64,000 nucleotides of DNA, taken from assembly GCF_006345805.1 (NCBI RefSeq), contig NC_042999.1, forward strand, positions 113,026,001 through 113,090,000, written 5' to 3'. The DNA comes from Octopus sinensis (Eukaryota). The first letter of the stretch is position 1. Each line of letters begins with the position of its first letter. This document shows positions 40,051-54,377 of the stretch, piece by piece. Made by a program: the position numbers and the translations under genes. The notes below the pieces were generated by a model. The model ran no database searches. It was not told the origin of the DNA and worked only from the letters and a program-made list of their open reading frames with translations.

Positions 40051-41689
40051 ATTTGAACTGAGTAGTAGAGTTATTGTTTTAGGATGAAATAATGTATCTA
40101 GGTGTCTTGGAGATTATTTTTGTAAGTAATGGTAGAGGCTGCGAGGGTTGGAACATGCTGCCGTAATAAACTGCATGCATCGCATGTACAGATGGGTTTT
40201 CATTTTTATTATTTTCGTTTCATTGAATACTTGGTCTATGAGTATGATTTGTACAAGCCGTGACGGTGCGAAAGGCAGTGTTTGTGTTCTTTGTGGCTAA
40301 ATGCGATTTGTTGTAGAGAAACATTAAGACCCAAGTACGACTGTCATAGTCCTTGTGTCTTAATGTATTACTTGTACACTATTGTTTTTTTTTCTGTTAG
40401 CGAAACGTGATATCTGTTTGTTTGTCACTTAGCATTCCTTACTACACCATGTACGCGCGCTCTGAATATAATGTAAGTGTTGCATATAACTCCTATTATT
40501 TTTACCTTCTACGTATACGGCGTGCTTATTTGAGTTACGGTGTTGTTCTTGGGATGGTTACTTGATGGAATCGTTGGTGAGATTCATGGTGGTATGTGTA
40601 TATTTACTTCACTATTGTGTTTCACATTGTTGGTCTTATTTTGAATGCGTGCGTTTCTTATGAGTTTGTCTTCTCCTATTTTATGCTCCGAGTGCCGTTT
40701 GTAGTATCTTTGTACTGGATGCACGATTGTTTGTATATTATGAGGTCTCTGTATATCTGATCTGGATATTTGCCATCCATTCATCAACTCACACATTCAT
40801 ACATACACATAGTAGAGCAGTTCTACCTCATCGGAATGTAATTTTGGATTCGCGGTGTCCTTTGCCGAGCTTGTGATATTGTTTACGGTCTTGTAGCAAT
40901 ATGATAATGAACTTTTTGTACTTTCATAAAGGTGTTTGTTGTTTTAGGTCGTTAATGTTATATAATATAGCTGTATATTTAGAATAGTTGTACTGTGTTT
41001 ACGCGGCGTACATTTGCTATTTTTATTATGTGTATTTTATGAGAAGTACTTGGCTTTCGTATATTATGTGTGGGGGCTGTAGATTAAGCGAAGGAAATAA
41101 TGATGTTATTTCCGGTTTTGTTAACTTTGTTTTGACTTGTAGTTTGTTTATGTAAGTGTTTTGTTCTTTATGTTACCTGTTTACATATTCTACGTTATAT
41201 ATATTGTATTTTTGCTAGATGCGCTTATCTCTTGAAGGATTTTAGTATGTTTCGTATAGTCGTCGATTTTAAATTCCTTATATTCCTGATAGAAGAACTG
41301 GCGTTTTTCTATTTCTCCGAGTCAGTTTTAAATATTTTGCTACGTACGTTCAATCATTCCGTTTATTTTTCATACACATATGCGAACTAAGATAACCTAA
41401 AGTGAGATTTAGTTGCTATTTCTAACAATTAACCGTCCATGAAGTACCTTCCTTGATGGGTCAATGTGACGAAAGTTTGTTACGTTAATTGCTGCTTCTA
41501 CTGTTTTGTTGTTAAACAACTAGACTAGCTGAAGCTTACGATGATAAGTCAATAGATTAATAATTGGATGGTAAAATAACCCCTCTAAGTAAAATGCAGG
41601 TTCGTTGGGTTCACTCTAATATAGTGTGTGCGTTTGTTTGTGCATACATACATACACACGTATATACATGCATATATGCATACAAACAT

Positions 41690-41893
<204 letters not shown>

Positions 41894-42253
41894 GTCCGTC
41901 ACTATCTCTCTGTCTCTCTCTCTGTCACTGTATATATATATATGTATACATAATATTTATTAATGCACTTCCATATAATCGTTTTGATGTTGCATGAGAT
42001 ACAACTTGCGTATGAAATGTCAGAAGTGGGTGTAAGAAAAGTAGAAAGTTCAAAAGTGGCTGGAAGAAAAATATCAAAGTAAAAAGTGAGTGGAAGCGAG
42101 ATCACCTTGAGATGTGGTGCTTCCTACGATCTAAACTCTATTTTCTTTTCACATTTTTTGTAATTTGTTACAGTAAATATAAATATTTGTGTGAATAAGA
42201 CCTCTGCCTATTAATTGATCACCTTATTGAAGAATAGATAATATTGGTATATA

Positions 42254-42283
<30 letters not shown>

Positions 42284-42285
<2 letters not shown>

Positions 42286-42724
42286 GGGGTAAAATATGAA
42301 AAATCAGCGAAAATGCATATTGCAGATAGAAAAAGGCTATTTATGACAGGTAGTGACAAATATATACATTTAGATTGACTGAGGTAGTAATACGAGTCAT
42401 AAAGGTTATTATTATGAGATGATTATAAGAAGTTAATAATAATAATAAAGTAAGAGACCGAAACGAACCAATTGGTTTGCGCGTGGGCTATTCATCGTGG
42501 GCTATTCAAACGATGAATAGCCCACGCGCAAACCAATTGGTTCGTTTCGGTCTCTTACTTTATTATTGTTATTAACTTCTTATAATCATCTCATAATAAT
42601 GACCTTTATGACTCGTATTACTACCTCAGTCAATCTAAATGTATATATTTGTCACTACCTGTCATAAATAGCCTTTTTCTATCTGCAATATGCATTTTCG
42701 CTGATTTTTCATATTTTACCCTTA
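42284..42724. repeat. Fold-back palindrome next to (TA)n, ~215-bp arms and 11-nt loop
   Basis: Arms 42284-42498 and 42510-42724 differ at few positions. CGTGGGCTATTCA is directly duplicated at the turning point. Confidence 0.92.
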
Positions 42725-42800
42725 CATTTCCACGTGTATTTTATATTTTCTTTTCGTAACATATTTCTACTATATATATATATATATATATAATATATAT

Positions 42801-42849
<49 letters not shown>

Positions 42850-42875
42850 AAGTAAAATATAAAATATATAGAGTA

Positions 42876-43320
42876 GTACGAGTTGCCTTGTTTTGGGTTG
42901 CTTTCAGAACATCCTTCACCGAGTTGAACGCTCTCCATCCTACTCTTACTCTTCGTGAGATTTCATTCTCCATCACTCGCCTCATAATCACTTCTTGACC
43001 GAGATACACATAGCTGCTCACTTTGAGAGTGAAGGACGTTGTCGCAGAATACCACCAAGCAAAGCTACGATTAGCCAGTCATGTCGCAAAATTCACTCAA
43101 TCAGTAGACCCATGCAGTTGTCGAGTGATACCCGCGCGAGCGGAAGAGACCACTCGGAAGACCTCCAATCAAGTGAGAAGATTTAAGAAAAATGTTTAGA
43201 GGAAAACGTGGAGGAAAATGACGAGAGCACGAAGGGAATGGAGCGAACGCTGTGGCCAGCGGAGCCGACTCAGCACCAGATAGCCTAGACAATCCAGATG
43301 ATTCAGCTGATCTAGGTGAT
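42876..43320. mobile_element. RTE-clade LINE with 5' inversion
   Basis: Minus-strand 42876-43020 reads SSYVYLGQEV..ENEISRRVRVGWRAF. Plus-strand 43025-43200 reads VKDVVAEYHQAKLRLASHVAKFT..YPRERKRPLGRPP. Degenerate GATCCAGGT-like 9-mer tail. TAWATAGAGTA flanks at 42865-42875 and 43321-43331. Confidence 0.82.
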
Positions 43321-43329
43321 TAAATAGAG

Positions 43330-45560
43330 TACAATACGACAACCGCGCACTCTATAGCCATGCAAAAAATCAATGCTGTTAATGGGAGCATAATTTGAAA
43401 GGGTTCCACTAGGGCAACTGGGATCAAGTTACAGATAACATAGAGCAATTTGGATTTAAGTATAAGTGTCTCCTACGTAACCTGTTACTCACGACATTTG
43501 AAAACGAATTGTTTCGCGTAATGCGTAGGACTAGTTCAAGAACCACATTAGTCCCTTTTTAAAAAGACCTAGAACGTCAAGGATATATGTAACATGAGGA
43601 TCATACAAGTCTATCAGATAAAACTGAGAGTTTGTATCAGGTGGATAAAACTTTTTACTGTAGTTTCATGCACAATGTTATGACAAATACCAATAATAAT
43701 AAGAACCATAGAACTTTGAAGGAGATAAATATTATGGGATAAAACATTGATTCTATGTGTTCGACCGAACTGAACCACTAATTACGGAAACTCTCCACTT
43801 CACTCCCATGAACTTGGCAAACATTTACGATTAAAGCTGATGCAGATAAAAAAACAAGTAAGCTAATTTTTGATAAATTTACCAATAAAATTGGATCAAT
43901 AGTACCATTAAATTTTTTAATCATTCAGCTTCACTCAACTGGTTTAAAAACAAGAAAGTAACAAAATTTGTCAAATTTAGCATCCAAGACTATTACTCTT
44001 CGATCACTTTACTGTTAATTAACCTCACTATCAAATTTGCCGAGTCCATTCCTACAATTAAAAACCAAGAAACCGAAACAATTGTACAGGTTCGGAAATT
44101 CTCGTAGATTCTAAACATGGCCAATAGATGGATAAGACATCTAGAATACTAACCGATGATAACATAGGAGCGAGTGACTCAGCAGAAGTCACAGACTTTA
44201 TTGGATTATATATTCTTTCCAGACTCCATATTTTTCCAGCATTGAAGGGGACTGTACGCAATGATAGTTTACATATTCTCACTAATTACACTCTATAAGC
44301 TTAGAAAGATTTTGAATGGATATCATGAATTTTTTTTCAAGAACTGTGGAATTACTATCACTGTTGATGCTAATTCAGTAAAAATCTTATCTGAATCAAC
44401 GACCTCCACAATCATTGTAGATAATCAAAGGAGACACTTAACTACATCCACAGACTGTCAAACCAACCTACTAAATTACAAAAATTTTAGATATGAACGT
44501 TTTTCTGTAACTTTCTATTATTTCAGCTAATGAAAAGATTTTTAATTACAACTCAAACCACTGTCATGAAGATAAAAGTGATTTTAGCCAAAAGAGAATA
44601 TAACTAGGAATCTTAGAAACAGAACTGAAAAATCTGCTGATACAATTTCGACTATGGTAAACCGCCAGACTTATATTTATAATAGTCTCCTTCCTACTCA
44701 CGAAACATTTCTGCACACAACATGGATATTATTCTATATTTAACATTAATACGATAAAACTAGCTTTCTGAAACACACCCAACTTCCAACAAAATATTCC
44801 TTTGTTTAATGTATCCAGACTAGAACGAGACATTAGGGAAGATAATAGTAACCACAATTACCCCAATAAAAATGTATCCCTATAACAATAACAACAGCTA
44901 TGATAACAGTGATGGTAGCATAGTCGTCATCATAACTTTCAACAGCAATAGGTACAGTAGTAATAATGATGACGAGGATTCTTTTTATTTAATAATAACT
45001 ATTTTTGAAATAGCATAATGGTTTTTTAATAACAATAACAACAATAATTATAGCAGCAGTAATGGTAATCTTAGTAATAACGATGGATGGCAACAACCAC
45101 AATAGTAATAATAATAATAGCACTAGCAATGACGGCAATGGATATTATGTCAACGCAATATCCATAGCAGTCATGGCATATAGCAACTATAATTACAATT
45201 TTAACAATTCAAGTGCCTAACTTGGGGATATCATATTATAAATATATAATCAAAACTTCTAGCTCAATCAATGTATATATTAGAGAAACTGTAAATAGTT
45301 TTTATGCATAATATTATTCTTACGCGCAGTCGTTTGGAAACCATGTAAGTACAAGTGCTACATCATTATCAAAATGCTTCCGGAAACTCAAAACCCCAAA
45401 CACATCTTACCACTTGAATTGGAACATCTTAGCTAAATTCAAAACCTTATAAGAGAAATAAACAATTATGTAACTTCTGCATCACTGAAGCACCCGTAAT
45501 CCTTTTCGCTAAAGTTCAGCTCATTAATGGTAATATGGTGAGGGCTTCCTCGTTTGTACA
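43330..45560 (+). mobile_element. Decayed Penelope-like element (RT, linker, GIY-YIG)
   Basis: Remnants SDKTESLYQVDK, NWFKN..KFVKFSIQDYYSSI, IGASDSAEVTDFIGLYILSRL (cf. MGSYDGAEVCELVGLYIL), NYIHRLSNQP, YYSIFNINTIKLAF*NTPN, then NVYIRET. Confidence 0.8.
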
Positions 45561-45714
45561 TTGTAGGTACTCTACATACTTGCACTTTAATCTAAACGAA
45601 TAGAAAGACTATATATATGTGCCGATCGAAGTACATTGAGTACACACACACATACATATGTGTGTGTGTGTATATATATATCTGTCTGTCTGTCTATATA
45701 TATATATATTATAT

Positions 45715-45745
<31 letters not shown>

Positions 45746-45754
45746 TTATATATA

Positions 45755-46309
45755 CGAGGGGAAGTTAAAAGTTATCTGCACTTTCACCATAACATATCTT
45801 TATCGTCACACTGCCTTCTGCGCATGCGTCCATATAGTTGGTACTATCGTGGCCACGTGATCGAAGTTTGAGCCTAATCGCGCCATTCATCGGAGATTTT
45901 AGCACAGTACGGTGCACTACTGTGTAAAAGTGTGTATGAATGGATTGAGAAGTTTAAAAGTGGCCGGGCAAGCGTGACGCACGAAGAGGGAGCAAGACGC
46001 CTGTCAACCACCACCACTGACGAGAAAATTCAGCAGGTTCGAGAGATGGTAATGGTGAACCGGCAAGTTATCTTCGATTTGGTTGTCGATTTTCTACGAA
46101 TGAAGATGTGAAGGAAGCGGTGCATAAATGGTTACGCGACCAGCCGAAAACCTTCTTCTTGGAGGGAATACGCAAGCTTGCGGACCGCTGGATCAAGTGC
46201 ATCGAAAACGAAGGAGAGTATACAGAAAAATGACGTACTTGTTTATCCCCTGCTTTTGTGTAAATACATTGAAAAATTACAAGTGCGTATAATTTTTGAC
46301 TCTCCCTCT
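45755..46309 (+). mobile_element. Internally deleted mariner (irritans-like), non-autonomous
   Basis: TA|CGAGGGGAAGTTAAAAGTTATCTGCACTT ... AAGTGCGTATAATTTTTGACTCTCCCTCT|TA. The N-terminal VYEWIEKFKSGRASVTHEEG is joined to the C-terminal RFSTNEDVKEAVHKWLRDQPKTFFLEGIRKLADRWIKCIE. Confidence 0.88.
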
Positions 46310-47361
46310 TATATGCAAGGAAATTTCCCCATGAATCTTTCGGACATTTGCATCTTTCTTACCTTTTGAAGTCTTCTGAGGTAAACAAAAGCGACTACTA
46401 AATGCATATAGAAACCATTTCTTTAATTATTTGTTCGTTATTTTATTTATTTATTTACTAAAAAATCAAGTTTAACTAAGATTAACATTTTGAATTCTAC
46501 TCGGAATTTTTATTCATTGTTTCAGACATTATGAAACAGGAGTTTTAAACCCGAAACACAAATGAGTGAACGAATGAATATATAAATGAAACTGACAACA
46601 ACATGGGCATAGCGATACACTTGTACCGAATATTGGTCTTCTTGATGTCCTATTACAGAATCCTATATCAATATGCATTCCATGATCTAGTCACCTTCCT
46701 GTGATAACCATAATTTAATCAACTTTGCATTTATTAATTGATGAGGGATGAGAAGCCTTCGGACTTAATATTCCTAATCAATTAAGCACATGTACTCGTA
46801 ATGTCAATATTAAACAGCAAAACCGTCGTGGTTTATTAAATACCGAGAGCCGAATAATGATAGCAGAAATTTAGCCCGACATCGGTCAATAAAGAGATAT
46901 ATGTAGCAGAAATTTAGACATTACACCGGCCACATAGACCCGCTAACCACAACGTGTGTCGGTATAGCACTTTTGATGATGTCCATTGTTTAATTTAAGC
47001 AAGATATTAATACAACTAGATGCCTATTTCTATTTCTATATATAGGATCAACGCCAATAATTAATTATACCGAATATCTAATTAAACGAAATACATGATC
47101 TCAGGTGTCTCACTACAGATTCATATGTCTTTACACATGAATACATATTATTTCACGTTGGCGTTACCAAATGTAGCTGTCAATTTAATATAACTGTTGT
47201 CTGTTTATCTTTATGATACTGATATAGTTATAGTCTCCCCCCGGTCTTTTTCCTTAAGCACACACATAGATCTCTGTCTGTCTGTCTATGTCTTCTGTCT
47301 GTTTGTCTGCCTGTCTCTCTTTCAGTCTGTCTGTGTGTCTATCTGCCTATCAATCAATCAG

Positions 47362-47470
<109 letters not shown>

Positions 47471-47494
47471 CCTTTGCTGCTATCCTTAATCATA

Positions 47495-48104
47495 TCCAGT
47501 TAATTTTGGGATAGAGTGATTTTCTCAGATGAATCCAGATTTGCATTATTTTCAGACAGTGGACATGTCTGGATCTGGAGGCTTCTTAATCAAGAATTTG
47601 ATTTGAAACGACTCCAACCAACTGTGAAACATGGCGGTATCTCTGTAATGATATGGGGAGCTGTCACCAGCAATGGTCGTTCTGAACTGATCGAATGTGT
47701 TGCAACCATAAACTCTGAAAAATACATCGAAATACTTAAGCAAAGACTGCTTCCGATGTATTCACACGATAACATAATGATAAATGAGATTTTATTCATG
47801 GAAGATGGGGACTCCATGCCACACAGCGGAAAGGAATCAAGAATGGTTGACTGAAAATGGGATCAAAAAGCTTCATTAGCCGAGCCAATCTCCTGATATG
47901 AATCCAACTGAAAATCTTTGGAGCATACTAGATAGAGCTGTGCGAAAAACTCGACAGAAATTTAAATCTAATGATGAATTGTTTCGATTGTTGTGTGAAA
48001 AGTAGGCAGAAATTCCGCAAGAGACAATCACAAAGCTCATCAGTTCAATGCCAAAAAGAGTTTCTGAATTAAAAACTGCAAAGGGAATGTCAACTAAATA
48101 CTAA
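47495..48104 (+). pseudogene. Tc1 transposase C-terminal fragment (different family from 588-2215)
   Basis: VIFSDESRF, PTVKHGGISVMIWG, FMEDG, PSQSPDMNPTENLW and AKGMSTKY*, with stops and a frameshift. Confidence 0.88.
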
Positions 48105-48253
48105 AGTATGTAGTCCTACCTGTCAATTACGTTTCAATTATTCGCTTTGCGTATTAAATAATAGATTTTGAAAATTAATGGTGTCTATTTACTTCCTGCA
48201 TGTCTGTGTAGGTAAATATTACGTACACACATTTAGACACATAACCATATATG

Positions 48254-48300
<47 letters not shown>

Positions 48301-48492
48301 ACACACACACACACATACGCACGCACACACACACAAACACGTGTATGTATGTTTATGTAAATACGGGTGTATATGTGGGTGGATGTGTCTGTGTGTGTAA
48401 TATATCTGAAATATTGCAGAGTAACGATTCCATTTTGTATAAATATATGAATACAATTTAAACCACATTTTCATTACAATTTTCATCTTTCG

Positions 48493-48574
<82 letters not shown>

Positions 48575-49012
48575 TGTGGTGTGTGTGTGTGTGTGTGTGT
48601 GTTTGTGTGTGTATGTGTGTGCGTGTGTGTGTGTATGTGTGTGCGTGTGTGTGTGTATGTGTATGTGTGCGTGTGTGGTGTAGGTATGTATAAACAGTTG
48701 ATTTTATAGTTACTCAACTGAAAGCCAACCCTTCATTTCATCTGCTATTTGTCATATTAAATTGTTTGTTTCGCTTTCATTCTCTTTCCATAAACGTAGA
48801 CTAGAAATGATCATATAAGCACACACAATCACAGTGACAATGGCACCTACGCATTAGTATCGGTAGGCACATTCATGAGGATGTACACATTCGTATAGCG
48901 ATTGCAAGTCTTCGACTATTCTCTTCTGAGGTACGACAACCTTTTAGAAGACCTACAAATGTCGATAACTTGAGGGGTAACCTGTTAGAATTTTATTGAT
49001 TAATGCATTCTT

Positions 49013-49095
<83 letters not shown>

Positions 49096-49807
49096 GCTTT
49101 CTGATATGGATGTGTTGTTGTTGTTGTTGTTGTTGTGTGTGTGTGTGTGTGTGTGTGTGCATGTGTGCGTGCATGTGTGTGTATGTGTGTATGTGTTTTT
49201 TTCCATTTTTGTTTATCACTCGTAGTTTGTACATATATCAATTCTGTTGTTTCATTTTATAGTGTTTGATGCTTGCTATACGCAGTCAGATACATATACG
49301 GATATATCTCTGTGTATATTATAAAATCTATGTACACACATACACAGACATTTACACACGCATACACACAAACACTATTTTATTAAAGTCAAAGCAATTC
49401 ACAAACTGTTTGTTACTCAGATTTTTGCATGACCGTTCGTCAGACAGTTGCGATTGCCTGACAAGCGGTCACGTGAAACTGAGTGATAGTTTGTAAATTT
49501 TTTCTCAGATTTAATAAAATAGTATTTTACTCTGCCTTAGGTATTCAAGTACTATTTTTTCCACTTTGTTTTGCACCTATCTGCTTACTTGTCTGTCTGA
49601 GTATATATATATAACCCCATATTTTACAACATAGCGAAGACATGACACGATGTAAGTAAAGAAATTTGAAAAGAAAATACGAAACCGGTTATTTCTCCAA
49701 AAACTATGTTACTATACACAAAATTTTATAACATTTTTCTAACATAACGACTTAAATATATTCTTTAACCGTATAACACAAGCCTTCTGTAGTTTTTTTC
49801 ACTCTTT

Positions 49808-49847
<40 letters not shown>

Positions 49848-50600
49848 CCCCTTTTTTCTTCTAAACTTTAAGAAACGTTTTTTGTGTATTCTAGATGAAT
49901 CTGGTCGGATTTACACACCATACACGACCGCAAGTCAGTTGTTGTTGCTTAGCACCGATTTATTTCTGATCGAGCAGACCAATGATGAAAGGTATTCCGG
50001 CGGTGATCATCCAGTCTTTTTAGGGGTATGTAAAACTTCATTGTTCAGTATGTCTTCCCATGTTTTTTTTTTCAAAAAGACTCTGAAGTTGAAATTTCTC
50101 GCAGGCCAAGTTACTACTCAGACATCCTTTGTTTGTCAACAAGCTTGTCGTTGAATTGGTTGTCAGCCTATCACCTGAGAAATCAGTGGTTTAGGTCTTG
50201 TCATTTGCTACATGTACATAACACTTCTCTAACACCGTCACTTAATAATCAAGGAACGTGAATCGTTTTATCATAGACTTTTTTAGCGCTGTCTACTTGG
50301 TGTTGCAGATTCGACGCTGACCTATTTGACGTTGGACGTTTTAAAGTTTCTCTCGTTCTCCCCCAATTGTATATGTGTTCTCTCCCTGTATATGCGTGTG
50401 AGCATCTAATTGTATTTATATGTATGTGTAATATCTCTCTCTCATTTTTTCTATTACTTTCTCTATATGTGCGTATTTTTGAGTGTGTCAGTGTGTGTTT
50501 GCCGTTCAGTCAGCTGTGACAATTCGTCGGCGTCCAAATTGCTCATTCCGATCACTGAGTGATTTTATTGGAGTCATTCTGTTATAAGCATTCGGACCAT

Positions 50601-50647
50601 AAATTTTCTTTTTTTCCGAAGAATATCTTCGGAAAAAAAGAAAATTT
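50601..50647. repeat. Perfect hairpin, 22-bp arms and 3-nt loop
   Basis: AAATTTTCTTTTTTTCCGAAGA-ata-TCTTCGGAAAAAAAGAAAATTT. Confidence 0.9.
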
Positions 50648-51199
50648 GCTTTACAGATATTCAGACCAGGCATTGGTACCAGCTATATCCCTAATCTGGG
50701 AGAATTTGTAAAGGTGATATCATCAACTCTACATCCTTAGTGTATCTCATTATATGAAACAAAAATAAAAGGTATTTTAACTTCGAATTGACAGTTATTG
50801 TCGTGTGCGCGCGCGCGCGTGAATGTGAGTATGAGTGTGTATGATTGTTCATGTGTGAGTGTGTGTGTGTTTCATTGGTTTAGACATTGGCAATACTGTA
50901 TAAGATAGGCATGTCTCAATATGTTGCAGTTTTGAGTTTGAATCTCACCGAGAAGGATGTTATATAATGCCAACCTCAAGCTAATATAACTATAGTTATT
51001 CTATATATTTCCAAATACGTTAGCAACTAGAGACACACCAACTTAAAGTCTTGTTTATTCTTTTTGGTTATCTCGGATGAAGAAAATGTGGTTTGGGCAG
51101 TCTCCACTTAAAACACATTATCAGATGTAGCATCTAACTTTCTTGAACTACGCAGTTTCAGTAAGTAGGTTAATGAGGGCTACATAGGAGAATTTTGCA

Positions 51200-51565
51200 T
51201 TTAACAAATCAAATCTTACTGTCTTAAAAAAGAAGAGCATATTGGCTATGTTTGATAAAAATATGGGATGATCATAGCTGGTCTGCTTTTGATGATATAT
51301 TTACTAACTCAGAGCTCAGCGATTAGGTTAAAGAGGGTAGGACTGGCTTGAATATAATATATGGTCGTTGTGTTACTTAGCTTCAGATTAGTCTTGAGCG
51401 AGTAAATCTCTCATCAAAGATGTTCCAGTTATGGCCATCTCGTCTTTTCTTTAGGTATAGAACTATATTATCCAATATGTGCTTCTTTAAAAGAGAGTAG
51501 GATGTGATTTGAGGGAGATTTGTCGGTTATTTCTAGCAGGTCGATTGATCATAAAGAAGCTCTCT
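51200..51565. repeat. Old dispersed repeat in head-to-head arrangement; related copies near 25620-25850, 27375, 27750, 30100, 31200-31430 and 49940
   Basis: Recurrent degenerate TGATCGAGCAGACC.ATGAT.AAAG...TTCCAG..GTG.CCATC and GATTTGGCTGCT.TTTCT motifs in both orientations. Confidence 0.5.
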
Positions 51566-51636
51566 CTCATTGGCCATCACGTATAAGTTGTGTGTATTGC
51601 TTGTGTATCTATGAATGAAAGAATGAGAGAGAGAGT

Positions 51637-51685
<49 letters not shown>

Positions 51686-52291
51686 AGCGAACAAGAGAGA
51701 ATGGATGGAAGCAGAAGGAAATTCCACCTTGGCGGTTTAATGCATATGATAGCGGTTGATATTATTTGAGGATCGCTCTTACATAGATACCTTAATGGGC
51801 TTTTTGTTTAGTCTAGAAGAGTAATCACTGGTATTAATTAGAGATTGAGAATTGCCATTGAATATTCACAAAGGGAACATTAACATTTGTGAACTAATGT
51901 AGCGGGTATGAATGCTTTAAATAGATCAGAGGATAACTTGACATAGTTTGTTATGAATAACTTGTCTGGTTTAAACGAGCGAGATTTCAAGGCAACTTTT
52001 GCCTGAAGTCGGGTACGTAAGACTAATAGTTGCAACATGCGACATTTCTGGTTTTAGATAGAAACTACGGAAGCACGCACACACGCACGCTCGCTCACTC
52101 TCTCACTCCCTCACTCACTCACTTACTCACTCACTCACAGACACACCCACAAACGCTCACACACACGCATGCGCACACGAGCGTTAAGTACTTGCTTTGT
52201 TTTTATTCAGGGTATGTATATATGTATATATTTCAATGTGTGTATATACATTCTAAGCTTTAATTCCATGGGTGTATATAAATCTGAATAG

Positions 52292-52590
52292 GCATGGGTG
52301 TGTATGTGGTTACAATGTTAAACTCATGATAGCGAGATCGGTGGTTTCGATTCCCAGACCGGTTCCCAAAACACTTCCCGATCCCCAAAACACTTCCTTT
52401 CTTGTCACTCCAGTCTACTGAATTGTAAATGAGTAATCCTGCGACAAACTGGCGTTCAATTCAATGGGGAATGTTGGCTTGCTCCGCTTAGCCATTGGAG
52501 TGACATCATTCGAAAGCTACAATAATGCGCCTTCTTGCATTGTGACTGGTGCTGTGTAATAGCGACCGTTAGTTTGGTCGACACAGTGAT
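52292..52590 (+). mobile_element. CORE-like tRNA SINE (family C), diverged
   Basis: GGTTTCGATTCCCAGACCGG box B; CTCCAGTCTACT..GTAAATGAGTAA. Confidence 0.6.
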
Positions 52591-52615
52591 ACAGTGATAC
52601 AGTAACACACACACA

Positions 52616-52673
<58 letters not shown>

Positions 52674-53251
52674 TTGAGGGCGTTGTAATATCGAAGGTAA
52701 AAAGAGAGAAAATAGAAAGCTTGTGACAATGCGGGAAGTTTTATAAAACCTTTATATTTCGGGCGCAAAAGCCCATCTTCAGAAGAAAAAAAAACAGCCC
52801 GGGAAATGTCCAGTTATGTACATTCCGTTAACACATTCAAATTCCCTAGCATTATGTAGCAGCAGCAGTCACACACACACACACACATACACACACGTAC
52901 ACATTTATGCATATATGTATACATACATGTGACAATTTAGTTAAGTATTATGTCTACTTTATTGCCACTTTTATTAATAAATTCTTTAGCTATTCTTTTA
53001 TATAACGTTTTTATGCTAGACTGTTTGAACAGTTCTAATCACATACAATACCTAATGCTCTATTTCCTTTAGCACAAGTTTAAAGACGTTTGATTCTTAC
53101 CTAAGTAATCTCTGAGATACCAAGTATTTCGAAGTCTTCGCTCATATCTACATTCAGCTTCCTTTCTTTTTATTTCATACCTTTTCTTTCCAATATTTAC
53201 CTATGCTGCTTTATAACCACGTAGTGTTTACGGTTACTGACGTAAGTTGTT

Positions 53252-53456
53252 TTAACAGCATACCTACACGACTATGCCCCCACCCTGACTTCGCTCATAA
53301 CTCTCGGAAAATAGATACTTTTTAATGAAATTTTCTACAAATGCTTTTCAGATGGTGTAGATTACGATTATGTCGGAATTTAATGAGAAAAAAAGAGAAA
53401 ATAATTGTTGAGCGCACACACATACATATTAACACACATTACACACACACACACAC

Positions 53457-53494
<38 letters not shown>

Positions 53495-53880
53495 ATATAT
53501 ATACACAAAATAAAAGTTGAAATTTTGGAAAACTTGTGATGTGTTTCAGTATGTATATGTGCACGCCCATAATTTTTTTTACATTAAATTCCGATATACT
53601 CGCAAAATTTTGTTGAAAGTTATTTCAACAAAATTTCATTAAAAACTAGTGTTTCTGAAAGCTATGAGGAAACAAAGTCGGTGCCTATGAATTATTCGAA
53701 ACTCCTCTCTTCCACTACCCCCCCCCCCCCAAAAAAAAAAATCGCAAGTTTCAATATAATCGGAATCTACGCTATCTGAAAGATATTTGTAGAACTTTTC
53801 ACTAAAAAGTATTCATTTTTCTGAAAGTTATAAGGAAACAAAGTCGGATAGGGGCACACTGTGTAGGGATGCCGTTTTAA
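53252..53880. mobile_element. MITE-like element with long imperfect terminal inverted repeats
   Basis: ACAGCATACCTACAC..CATAACTCTCGGAAAAT..TTCTACAAAT..TTTCAGATGGTGTAGATT pairs with AATCTACGCTATCTGAAA..ATTTGTAGAA..GAAAGTTATAA..GTGTAGGGATGCCGT. TTAA on both flanks. Confidence 0.65.
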
Positions 53881-54099
53881 CATAGAAAGACTATAAAACT
53901 TTTCCTTGATTTGCTGTTTATAATTTGATTGTATAGTTTTGGTATTAATTTTTCTGTATTTTCAAAATGGAAGGTGAAAAATGCTTAAAAATTATAAAAA
54001 CTTAAAAAATTTAAGTCGTGTGATTACTCTGATAATTTTTACCTGCTAGATTTTTTGTTAGGTTCCGAAATCTGATTTTGTCTGTTGTTTTTTTAATGA

Positions 54100-54194
<95 letters not shown>

Positions 54195-54195
54195 A

Positions 54196-54228
<33 letters not shown>

Positions 54229-54345
54229 GTCTGTCTGTCTGTCTGTCTGTCTCCCCTCTATGTATTTTCCCCTTCAAATGTACGATATTTCTCTGGTGTC
54301 TTTTGTTTTATATATATAGGTTGCCTGATCAATATATACACACAT

Positions 54346-54375
<30 letters not shown>

Positions 54376-54377
<2 letters not shown>

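Noticed and set aside
40540-41360. Possible old PLE remnant on the minus strand
   Set aside because: Only a vague IIYE..V echo; no ordered motif series recovered.
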